From Candidatus Melainabacteria bacterium (GTDB lineage: Bacteria > Cyanobacteriota > Vampirovibrionia > Obscuribacterales > Obscuribacteraceae): a stretch of DNA of 64,000 nucleotides. The notes under the pieces were generated by a model that saw only the letters and a program-made list of their open reading frames with translations, was not told where the DNA came from and searched no databases. The translations under genes were made by a program, and so were the position numbers. Positions 8,204-16,410 of this stretch are shown in pieces. Positions within the stretch are counted from its first letter, which is position 1. Each line of letters begins with the position of its first letter. The stretch is from the NCBI GenBank assembly GCA_003242885.1, contig QKMZ01000015.1, forward strand, positions 269,568 through 333,567, in the 5' to 3' direction.

Positions 8204-10360
8204 CTATGACTTATGGACAGATTTTGTCGCCACCAAAAGTTCGCCGGCGAGCCACAGTTTCACCAAATTGTCGAGAATGTTCTCAACGCGCACAGCGCCC
8301 TTCAGCACTGGAAAGTCTCTCGATTCGACGACCGGCAGTTTTTTCAAACCATGCTCACGCATCGTTGAAAGTGCCAGGCTTGTACTTTCATTCTGAGATA
8401 TGAAGATAGGCTCGGGGACCATGATGTCGCGGACGCAGACGCGCAAGCTGCGATCTTGAACAGCGAGTTCGATGGCGCGGAATAAATCCGAGCGTGAAAC
8501 GATACCTACTAATTGTTCGCTGTCGTTAACCACACAGATAAAGTCGAGCTTGTGAATATTGATCATTTCGATTGCTGTTTCTACCGCATCTGTGGGTCTT
8601 AGAGGCGGGTTAGTCATTGGTTCTACCAAGCAAGAAAGCGGAATCGTCTCCAATATTTCTTTAGCTTCGGGCAAGTTTTTCCAAATATTGGTCCGGCGTT
8701 TCATCGCCTTTGCTACTGCGTCTCTCAGTGGCGCCAGACATGAGGATATCTGCGTAAAAACGTTTCGTCCTAAGACTGTCACTTCAACATTGGAGCGAGC
8801 CCTAATTGATGCACTGCGGGCTCCGCTGTCTATCAATGCGCCTTCGCCGAAAAAGTCGCCAGGTCCGAGAATGGCAAGAATTTCTTCGCCGTCTGCTGCA
8901 ATACTGCCTTTTACGACTTCAACTTGTCCTTGCTGAATCACGTAAAACTCGGTAGCGGGATCACCTTCGTGGAAAATGTAATCGCCAGTAGGATGATAGG
9001 CTCGGCTCACGCGGCGCGAGCGATCCGCTTTCATGTGCGCCAGCGTGCGAGGAAAAACCAAGTCGCACATCCACTCAAGTCCAACTTTTATTTGTTGTGA
9101 GAATGACGGCAGCTTCATCAGATATACGCCGCGCCACACGAACCATGCGGGGAAACCACTGATTCGCAATCCCATTATTTCGGCAATGGCACTGCGCCCA
9201 CCGATCGAGCACATTGCTCCCATCATTTTGAATGAGAATGGTTGTGTCGGTTCGCCTTTCAGTCTGCGAATGACGTTGAGCGCGACTTGCGTACCTTGAC
9301 GCTCTGCAAATTGTGCAACAGGTGGAGAAAGTTTGCCGTCCTCTGCATTGATTACTGCGGCGCAATCTCCGATAGCCCAGGTGTGAGGAAATCCAGGCAA
9401 GCTCATGTCCGGCTCTGTTTTCAATCGACCGCGTTCTTTCGGCAAGTCTATGCGATTGATGACGGGCAAAGTGGTAGTACCGATGGTGCAAACGACGGTC
9501 GCTGCTTCCAGGACTGTTCCATCTTTCAAAATCACACCGTCTGGCGTTGCTGCTGCGGCCATGGCATTAAGAACCATCGACACGCCCGATTGTTTCATCT
9601 TGTGCTCTGCGAATGTTCTCAGCGAAAGACTGACCTCCGGCAAGATGTGATCGCCGGAATGAACGATAGTGACAGTAATGTCTTTCTCTTCGATGGTCGA
9701 GAAGAATTTGCGGCTCTTGCGCACCAGGTCGTTAATTTCGCCTGCGACTTCAACGCCTGAAAATCCTCCCCCGACAACGATGAAGGACAGGTAGAAGTGC
9801 TTCATTACTGGGTCTTCGCAGACTTCCGCCTTTTCAAGCATCTCCATGATGTGCGCTTGCAGTGCCAGCGCGTCTCCGACTGTTTTCAATGCAAACGCGT
9901 GATCGTCCATGCCTGGTATCAGCGCCAGGTTGGATGTGTTTCCGCAGCTTATGACAACTTGGTCATAAGCCATTTGGCGACGTTTTCCGTCATAGCCTTC
10001 GTACTCGACTACTTTATTGGCAATGTCGATCGAAAGAACGTCCTCTGTGCGGCACTTAACGCCGTGCAGAAGCTGCCTGAGTGGCGCTGCAACGTCTTTG
10101 GGCTGAACTGCGGCGCTTGCGACTTCCGCGAGCAGAGGATGGAAAACCATATGGTTTTCGCGATTGAAAAGCACAATCTCGTATTCGCTGGGCGAGAGGT
10201 GTTTCGTCAGCGTGCGAGCGCACTTAACTCCGGCAAATCCGCCGCCCAAGATGAGTATTCTTTTGCGACTCTTTTCTTCTGGCATACCTATATTTCGGGT
10301 CCTCGGGGGCGCGGTGTTCCGTTGTGCGGGCTTCCGGCTCGATGGGGTCGACGCGGTCAT
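8204..10360 (-). CDS. type II NADH dehydrogenase-like flavoprotein fused to a cyclic-nucleotide-binding domain and a CBS pair
   Basis: - Two Rossmann GxGxxG motifs (ILILGGGFAGV, FIVVGGGFSGVE) and WAIGDCA, as in NDH-2.
- Then FHEGDPATEFYVIQQG...GDFFGEGALIDSGARSASIRA, a cNMP phosphate-binding cassette.
- Then two CBS-like repeats.
- An alternative start Met is at 10285. Confidence 0.85.
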   Translation of the reverse strand: MTASTPSSRKPAQRNTAPPRTRNIGMPEEKSRKRILILGGGFAGVKCARTLTKHLSPSEYEIVLFNRENHMVFHPLLAEVASAAVQPKDVAAPLRQLLHGVKCRTEDVLSIDIANKVVEYEGYDGKRRQMAYDQVVISCGNTSNLALIPGMDDHAFALKTVGDALALQAHIMEMLEKAEVCEDPVMKHFYLSFIVVGGGFSGVEVAGEINDLVRKSRKFFSTIEEKDITVTIVHSGDHILPEVSLSLRTFAEHKMKQSGVSMVLNAMAAAATPDGVILKDGTVLEAATVVCTIGTTTLPVINRIDLPKERGRLKTEPDMSLPGFPHTWAIGDCAAVINAEDGKLSPPVAQFAERQGTQVALNVIRRLKGEPTQPFSFKMMGAMCSIGGRSAIAEIMGLRISGFPAWFVWRGVYLMKLPSFSQQIKVGLEWMCDLVFPRTLAHMKADRSRRVSRAYHPTGDYIFHEGDPATEFYVIQQGQVEVVKGSIAADGEEILAILGPGDFFGEGALIDSGARSASIRARSNVEVTVLGRNVFTQISSCLAPLRDAVAKAMKRRTNIWKNLPEAKEILETIPLSCLVEPMTNPPLRPTDAVETAIEMINIHKLDFICVVNDSEQLVGIVSRSDLFRAIELAVQDRSLRVCVRDIMVPEPIFISQNESTSLALSTMREHGLKKLPVVESRDFPVLKGAVRVENILDNLVKLWLAGELLVATKSVHKS

Positions 10361-10438
10361 GTCCGGCAGTAGCTGAGCCTAAACTGCCAAGACAAAGGTT
10401 TCCAGGCGATACGCGATGATTATATATGGAATATGCGC

Positions 10439-11320
10439 TTATTTCTCTTCATAGAACCCGCCTTCACCGCGGGTATAGTTGAGCACAGCCGCCATTTTGG
10501 ACATATCACTGAGAATTCGGCGTTCTTTAACGCCTGTCACATTCTGGCGAATGTCGGCTATCAAATCGTTGTTTTTAATGACGCTGTCTACCGAAACCTC
10601 GCTCACCGCGAGATGTCCGCCCTCAAGCAGTTTGAAATGGCGTCTGGCAATGCCGTCTTTGGGTCGCAAATCGGATTGGCTTAACTTGCGATCGCCTGCG
10701 ACGAACTCGAAGCCGGGCGCCAACTGAATTGTCTTCATCTCAGTGCCAGGCGGCTGTACTTGTACACAAACGCTCTTGCCGAGACCGTCAATGTTTTGCA
10801 CCCTTAAAATGCCGTTGTTGAACTGAATCACAGCATCGCCGTCGGATGCGATTGAAATTTTGCCATATGGAACGGTGACCATCGCCATATTTGATGGGCG
10901 TTTTACCGTTACCAGAATGTCGCCCGTCTTCAATGTGACAGCGTAAACAGTCTGTCTCGTGTATTCCGCCGCTGGGCGCGAGCGCACCAATATCCATTCA
11001 CCCGACCCTTTCAGCTGTTCTTCCTTGGGGAACTGGCTGTTAGGTATTTGCTGAATTCCAGAAAGTGCCCAGAGTGCCGGAGTGCTCAATTGAACATTAG
11101 GCGACGTTACGTCCGTCGGCACAAAGACTGGCACCTTCGGGTTAAATGGATTGGGCGGGGGAATTAACGGTATTATTGGTGGTGGCATGCCGTAGGGGCC
11201 GCCAAACGCAGCGAGCTGCGGTGACGAAGCTGCCAATGCAAAACAACCGATAGCGATTGAAGCCATAACAACGGTCGACAAAGTAATTCTGCCGTCATTT
11301 GCTCGCTTGTTGCCCGACAT
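10439..11320 (-). CDS. membrane-anchored or secreted hypothetical protein
   Basis: 293 aa. N-terminal hydrophobic segment (LSTVVMASIAIGCFALAASS), a Pro-rich stretch, then beta-rich sequence. No firm family call. Confidence 0.5.
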   Translation of the reverse strand: MSGNKRANDGRITLSTVVMASIAIGCFALAASSPQLAAFGGPYGMPPPIIPLIPPPNPFNPKVPVFVPTDVTSPNVQLSTPALWALSGIQQIPNSQFPKEEQLKGSGEWILVRSRPAAEYTRQTVYAVTLKTGDILVTVKRPSNMAMVTVPYGKISIASDGDAVIQFNNGILRVQNIDGLGKSVCVQVQPPGTEMKTIQLAPGFEFVAGDRKLSQSDLRPKDGIARRHFKLLEGGHLAVSEVSVDSVIKNNDLIADIRQNVTGVKERRILSDMSKMAAVLNYTRGEGGFYEEK

Positions 11321-11372
11321 CTAGCCCCCAGAACCAATAAGCCCAACTGCAGTATGACTTATTGACTTCTGG

Positions 11373-11405
11373 CATGTAGAAAAGCCTCTAAGGCTTTCCT
11401 ACATG
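11373..11405. other. long near-perfect inverted repeat (13 of 14 bp stem, 5-nt loop)
   Basis: CATGTAGAAAAGCC-tctaa-GGCTTTCCTACATG, about 53 nt upstream of the ATG of the 10439..11320 gene. Confidence 0.5.
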
Positions 11406-11640
11406 GACGAAGCACGCTGCCACAGATTCTTGTAAACACAAGCACCCGATTGCTGCATATTTGAAGGCGGACTGAGAATTAAGAAAGACGCCGGTGCAAA
11501 AGCGCGAGTGTTTTGACGCAATTTATCTTCGCGCGTTATGCGATTTCGATTGTTTTTTGACTGATTATGAATGTGTGTATGAGTACGTTTTGTGTGGTTG
11601 TTGATATTCTCGTGTGACTGGGAGTTTACTTTGTACTAGT

Positions 11641-11870
11641 TTTTTCTTGCTGTGAAACCTCCACTGAAGCGCGATTGAAGTCTTCTTTGTTTTGAATTCT
11701 CCTGTGCGAAGTCGTTGCAAATTTCTTTTGGTTGCGTGTCCTCCTATTACATGTGCGATCGAAGTTTTTTGTTTTTCTAAATACCTCCAGCTTAGTTAGT
11801 TGTGCTCGCTAATTTTTCCTCCTGTGTAAAACGCCTCCGTGTCTTATTTTCTGTTTCACCTCACTTTTGT
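11641..11870. repeat. degenerate roughly 41-44 nt tandem array with periodic CCTCC (GGAGG on the minus strand) in a gene-free region
   Basis: CCTCC or CTCCT at 11658, 11699, 11740, 11784, 11818 and 11834, plus CCTCA at 11859. Units share a T-run, CCTCC, then GCGA..GAAGT. The region has strong T/G versus A/C strand skew. Confidence 0.55.
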
Positions 11871-12483
11871 CTGATTGTGTTTTTTACGTGCATGTTTTTT
11901 ATGCGTGTGATTTGTTTGCTGTCCCCCTTTTTCTTTTGCGATCAGGCGCTCGCCGCAAGGCGGCACTTCAGATCTTGCATGAATACTTGCCCTAGCAACG
12001 TATCAATGCGTGCAATTTCGTAGATAACTGAGCATTTGCCCAGTGATTCCAGTTGATCAAGTTGCAGAACGATGCTTTCTTCTGTTCCGAAAGAAATGCA
12101 CTTGTCTTGTGAGCCTTGGACCGGTCTCTCGTGTCTCATTGGAAGCTTCCCCCATCGAAAATTTTTGTGATGCAAGCCGCCAGCCGCCACTAGAGAACTG
12201 TGGCAGCGATAAAGATCCTTGACATCCTCATGTTAGGTTTCAAATTGAGCAAATGCAAGGGGTAAACATTTAAGCTAAACTTTGGAGAAAAGGGCTTGCC
12301 ATCTCTCTTTGCTTGATAGGAATAGGTTTTCGGATTTGGCTAAGCGAGCATATGAAAAACGGTTCAAGGGGGGACTTTCCCCATGCATTGGAAAACGGTA
12401 AAGCAGCAACATTTTTTCATCGCGAATTTTCGTTGAAAACGAGTATTGAACGAACGTTCAGCAAATAGATGTGAGGACAAAAA

Positions 12484-15063
12484 GTGGCGCAAAACGAACA
12501 GGGTGTGAGTGATTTTGAAAAGCTCGGCGTTTTCTATTTGGGAAAACCTTTTGATCTGGAAAGTGAAAAGGAAGAGCCCGGTTATGTTTTGTATGAATCG
12601 CGCCATCTGACCACACATGCAGTCGTTGTAGGTATGACAGGATCCGGAAAAACCGGGCTCTGTATTGATCTTATTGAAGAAGCTGCGATCGATAACATTC
12701 CTGTTCTAGCAATAGACCCGAAAGGCGATATATCGAATGTTTTGCTCTCTTTCGAAAACCTTTCACCATCAGAGTTTCAACCATGGGTGAGTGCTGAAGA
12801 AGCGCAGTTGAACGGACAGTCAATTGAACAGTTTGCAGCAACGCAAGCGAAAGTTTGGAGTGACGGAATTGCGTCATATGGACAAGATGTAGACAGAATA
12901 AAGCGTCTGAAAAACAGCGCTGATTTTTCAATCTACACACCTTTCAGCACAGCAGGAATTCAACTGTCGGTATTGAAATCGTTTGCGTGTCCGCCCGCTG
13001 AGATTTTAGAAGATGGTGAAACACTGCGCGAGCGTGTTAGCGTTTCCACCCAAAGCTTGTTGAACCTCGCAGGCGTGACTTCTGATCCGCTGCGGGGCAG
13101 AGAAAGCATCTTTCTGGGGACTCTCATCCAAAACGCGTGGCAGAACGGTCAGGATCTATCGTTGATTGATCTAGTTCGCCTTATACAAACTCCGAATTTC
13201 ACCCAAGTTGGCGCGCTCGATTTGGAATCGTTTTTCCCTAAAAAGGAACGCTTCGAATTGGCTATGGCGATCAACAATCTTATTGCTTCACCTGGATTTG
13301 AAACGTGGATGCAAGGTGAGTCGCTGGACATCGGCAAGCTGTTGTACACCGAATCCGGAAAGCCCCGCGTATCAATAATGTCGATTTCTCACTTGGGTGA
13401 CAACGAGCGAATGTTCTTCGTTTCGCTCTTCCTCAATCAGGTAATTTCTTGGATGCGTGCGCAGGCTGGCACTTCAAGTTTGCGCGCAATTCTTTATATG
13501 GATGAGATTTTTGGTTATTTCCCACCTGTTGCAAATCCACCCAGCAAGCAGCCTTTGCTGACTTTGCTCAAGCAGGCGCGAGCATACGGGCTCGGTGTTG
13601 TTCTTGCCACGCAAAACCCAGTCGATCTCGATTACAAAGGATTGGCGAATTGCGGCACGTGGTTTGTGGGGCGCTTGCAGACAGAGCGCGACAAGATGCG
13701 CTTGCTGGATGGATTGGAAGGCGTTGCCAGTGAAAAGTGCACAAGCTTCGACAGGCAGACCCTGGACAAATTGCTTTCGTCCCTGAAGAAGAGAACCTTT
13801 CTTTTGCACAACACGCAAGGGGAAGGTCTGGAGGCGTTCAAAACGCGATTTAGCCTGTCGTATTTGCGCGGTCCGCTTTCGCGCAGCCAAATAAAAACTC
13901 TAATGGACGGCAAAAAGAAAGCGGTGGCGGAAAAGTCTGCGACGTCTTTGCCTCAGGCGGCGTCAGCAGGTTCCCAACCGGCAGAAGCTACAACATCATC
14001 GAGTGCGCCAGCAGCTTCTACTTCTTCCGGTGCGAGTTCAAGGTCCTCAGAAACTGGCTCGGCACCGCCAGTTAAAACTGCCAAACCAGCTGCGGTTGTT
14101 GCTTCCTCTGCGCCTATTTTGCCGCCTGATGTTCCGCAGTACGTTCTACCTATAAAAGGAACGGTCGGCGCAAATAATAAGCTGATTTATGCGCCTTGCA
14201 TAATTGCTGTCAGTCAAGTTCGCTTTGTCGATACGAAATCGAAACTCGATCACGCTGTCTCTCGAACATGGTTGTTGCCTGTTCGCGAAGATCCCGTTTT
14301 CATATTGATGGATGACGGCACTGAAGAAAAGGTGAAGGTCACAGAACTAGAGGCTAAGCCCGCAGCTCCAGCCGATTTCATAAATCCGCCTCAGTGGGTG
14401 TATCAGCCCAAACAATACAAAGCGTGGGAGAAGAAATTTCAAGACTGGTTAGTTTTGAAAGAGAAGCATTTTGTGTTGTCGTGCCCGGCGTTCAAAATGT
14501 CTTCTCTCAAAGATGAATCCGAGCGCGATTTTCGTGCACGTGTTTCACAAAAGGCGAAAGAAGAGCGAGACGCGGGAATCGACAAGCTGCGCGTTAAGTT
14601 TCACGAAAAAATGGCAACGTTGGAAAATAAGATTCGAATTGCAGAACAAGTCGTTGAGCGCGAGCACGAGCAAATGAAAGCGCAAGATATGCAGACTGCA
14701 ATTTCTGTCGGTGCCACCGTTTTTGGCGCCATTCTGGGGGGCGGTCGTCGCCGAATAAGTTCAGGAACACTCGGTCGCGCAACAACAGCTGCCAGAGCCG
14801 CCAATCGTTCTGCTTCAAGCAGAGCCGATGTAGAGCGCGCCAATGAGAATCTCGAAGCGTTGAACCAGAAGATGGGCGACCTTGAACAACAGTTTCAATC
14901 CGAAGTGGCAGCGATGCAGGCGGAGTTGGATAAAGCGGCACAAAGTGTCGAAGTCGTGAATATCGCGCCCAAGAAAACAAACGTTAGCGTAGATGTTTTC
15001 TCATTCGCCTGGGCGCCATATCAAATCACCGACGGCAAATACGTCCCGCTCTGGCGGCAGTAG
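12484..15063 (+). CDS. HerA/FtsK-like P-loop ATPase with a long C-terminal extension
   Basis: - 859 aa with a GTG start.
- Walker A GMTGSGKTG, Walker B-like ILYMDEIFGYF, and VVLATQNPVDLD.
- Then a Ser/Ala/Pro-rich linker and a roughly 300-aa C-terminal region with coiled-coil-like segments. Confidence 0.75.
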   Translation: MAQNEQGVSDFEKLGVFYLGKPFDLESEKEEPGYVLYESRHLTTHAVVVGMTGSGKTGLCIDLIEEAAIDNIPVLAIDPKGDISNVLLSFENLSPSEFQPWVSAEEAQLNGQSIEQFAATQAKVWSDGIASYGQDVDRIKRLKNSADFSIYTPFSTAGIQLSVLKSFACPPAEILEDGETLRERVSVSTQSLLNLAGVTSDPLRGRESIFLGTLIQNAWQNGQDLSLIDLVRLIQTPNFTQVGALDLESFFPKKERFELAMAINNLIASPGFETWMQGESLDIGKLLYTESGKPRVSIMSISHLGDNERMFFVSLFLNQVISWMRAQAGTSSLRAILYMDEIFGYFPPVANPPSKQPLLTLLKQARAYGLGVVLATQNPVDLDYKGLANCGTWFVGRLQTERDKMRLLDGLEGVASEKCTSFDRQTLDKLLSSLKKRTFLLHNTQGEGLEAFKTRFSLSYLRGPLSRSQIKTLMDGKKKAVAEKSATSLPQAASAGSQPAEATTSSSAPAASTSSGASSRSSETGSAPPVKTAKPAAVVASSAPILPPDVPQYVLPIKGTVGANNKLIYAPCIIAVSQVRFVDTKSKLDHAVSRTWLLPVREDPVFILMDDGTEEKVKVTELEAKPAAPADFINPPQWVYQPKQYKAWEKKFQDWLVLKEKHFVLSCPAFKMSSLKDESERDFRARVSQKAKEERDAGIDKLRVKFHEKMATLENKIRIAEQVVEREHEQMKAQDMQTAISVGATVFGAILGGGRRRISSGTLGRATTAARAANRSASSRADVERANENLEALNQKMGDLEQQFQSEVAAMQAELDKAAQSVEVVNIAPKKTNVSVDVFSFAWAPYQITDGKYVPLWRQ

Positions 15064-15070
15064 GGGAGAA

Positions 15071-16090
15071 CTAGCTTGCCATGGCGCCTTTGAAGTCGCG
15101 GGCGAATTTCTCAATGGTTTGATGGCGCTTGTCGGGCGATTTTTCCAATGCTTTGAGAATCACCTGGTCGACGTATTGATTGATGCGTACACCTGGTGTC
15201 ACCGCAGATGGTGCTGTCGGTTTCTTTGTCAAATGCTTTTGGCGAATGTCTAGACCGTTAGGACCTTCAAAAGGTGCTATGCCTGACAGCGCTTCATACA
15301 GAATGCATCCCAGCGAATAGATGTCCGAGCGGTCGTCCAGTGGCTCGCCCATCATACTTTCGGGACTTGCGTAGAGAAGCCCTCGCGCCATCTCGCTGAA
15401 GTTCAAATCAGGTGGAGCTTCCTGTTTTATGCCGAGCGATTGCGAGCGCGAGAAATCGATGAGGGTGACGATGTCAGCGCTGCCTGCGGGTGTCAGTAAT
15501 ATGTGGTTGGGCGTGAGTGAGCCGTGAATCTTCATCAGTTGATGCACAGCCGAAAGTGCATCGCATACTTGAGCGAAAGCGACCGAAACTCGCTTCGGAT
15601 CAACTTTCCTGTCTTGTTTCATCAGGTCACCCAGGCTCATGCCCTCGACCCACTTGAGCGCCATAAACTGCGTTCCTTCCTTTGTAATGCCGAAGTCGTG
15701 AATGCTGATTATGTGTGGATGAGTAAGCGAGCTCAGCAAGTAACCTTCATTCTGGAAGCGCGTGTTGATATTCTTGTCGTTCTTATGTTCGGCATGCAAA
15801 ACCTTGAATGCGACGACTCTATTTGCGTGAACATCGCGTGCTTTGTAAACGCAGCAATGCTGCCCGACTTTTGGAGTAGAGAGAATCGTATATTTATCAG
15901 CAACTGTTTGTCCGACCGAGTAACCACTTGGAGCGGGCATTGCTCCGCTGGCAGAAGGTGAAGAAAGCACCCCGCCATCGAATGGGCAATATTCTAAATC
16001 AGCGCCATATACCCGTTCGCAGTTCGGACACTTCTTTTCCTGACTCTGTTCGACTGACAAAGCACCCACCTCTAACCATCGTTTTCTCAA
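15071..16090 (-). CDS. zinc-ribbon plus Ser/Thr-kinase-like protein (predicted pseudokinase)
   Basis: - N-terminal CPNCERVYGADLEYCPFDGG.
- Kinase fold markers VVAFKV, DFS, ASPES and DIYSLGCILYE are present.
- The catalytic loop reads IHGSLTPNH instead of HRDLKPxN.
- TTG start at 16090. Confidence 0.8.
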   Translation of the reverse strand: MRKRWLEVGALSVEQSQEKKCPNCERVYGADLEYCPFDGGVLSSPSASGAMPAPSGYSVGQTVADKYTILSTPKVGQHCCVYKARDVHANRVVAFKVLHAEHKNDKNINTRFQNEGYLLSSLTHPHIISIHDFGITKEGTQFMALKWVEGMSLGDLMKQDRKVDPKRVSVAFAQVCDALSAVHQLMKIHGSLTPNHILLTPAGSADIVTLIDFSRSQSLGIKQEAPPDLNFSEMARGLLYASPESMMGEPLDDRSDIYSLGCILYEALSGIAPFEGPNGLDIRQKHLTKKPTAPSAVTPGVRINQYVDQVILKALEKSPDKRHQTIEKFARDFKGAMAS

Positions 16091-16183
16091 GCGCGATTAA
16101 ATCCATCGCGATATTAGTCACAAGAGGACCAATACAAAAAATTCCCGTTATTTAGAGTTTTAATCTAATTGTCTATAGAAAAT

Positions 16184-16256
16184 TAGGGTTAGAGGGATTC
16201 GAACCCTCTTCTCCGGTTTGAGAGACCGGCGTCCTTTCCCGGTAGACGATAACCCC
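16184..16256 (-). tRNA. tRNA-Glu (anticodon CUC)
   Basis: - 73-nt cloverleaf.
- Acceptor stem GGGGTTA/TAACCCT with a G1-U72 wobble.
- D arm GTCT..GGAC.
- Anticodon stem CCGGT/ACCGG with loop CTCTCAA.
- 4-nt variable region.
- T arm GAGGG-TTCGAAT-CCCTC and discriminator A.
- CCA is not encoded. Confidence 0.85.
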
Positions 16257-16325
16257 AAGCAAAACTTTCAGGCGACCCATGGGGTTGCTAGCGCAGGACA
16301 ACCCGAAGATGCGATGCAGCACACT

Positions 16326-16346
16326 GGGCGACGCATGGCGTCGACC
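16326..16346. repeat. copy of the dispersed 21-nt palindromic element
   Basis: GGGCGACGC-ATG-GCGTCGACC (one arm mismatch), between the stop of the 16411..17703 gene and tRNA-Glu. Confidence 0.7.
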
Positions 16347-16410
16347 TGACAGTAATAGGGACGAGCAAACTTACGCGCTGCGAAACACACGTACTACGCA
16401 GGCGGTGAAT

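Noticed and set aside
9242-10372. Plus-strand ORFs of 172 and 191 aa inside the NDH-2 fusion gene.
   Set aside because: They are antisense to a CDS with multiple strong motifs, and they have no motifs or SD of their own.
11802-12190. ORFs of 73 aa (plus strand) and 82 aa (minus strand) in the gene-free region.
   Set aside because: The plus-strand ORF is a read-through of the T-rich repeat array (Phe/Cys/Leu-rich). The minus-strand ORF, from the Met at 12139, has a GGGGGAAG SD-like sequence and could be real. I could not support it with any motif, so I did not list it as a feature.
12371-12380. GGGACTTTCC, identical to the eukaryotic NF-kappaB site consensus, upstream of the ATPase gene.
   Set aside because: It is a chance 10-mer in a bacterial intergenic region, with no biological rationale.
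16184-16256. tRNA-Glu as an integration hotspot for a genomic island.
   Set aside because: There is no integrase, no duplicated tRNA 3' end and no obvious compositional break on either side.
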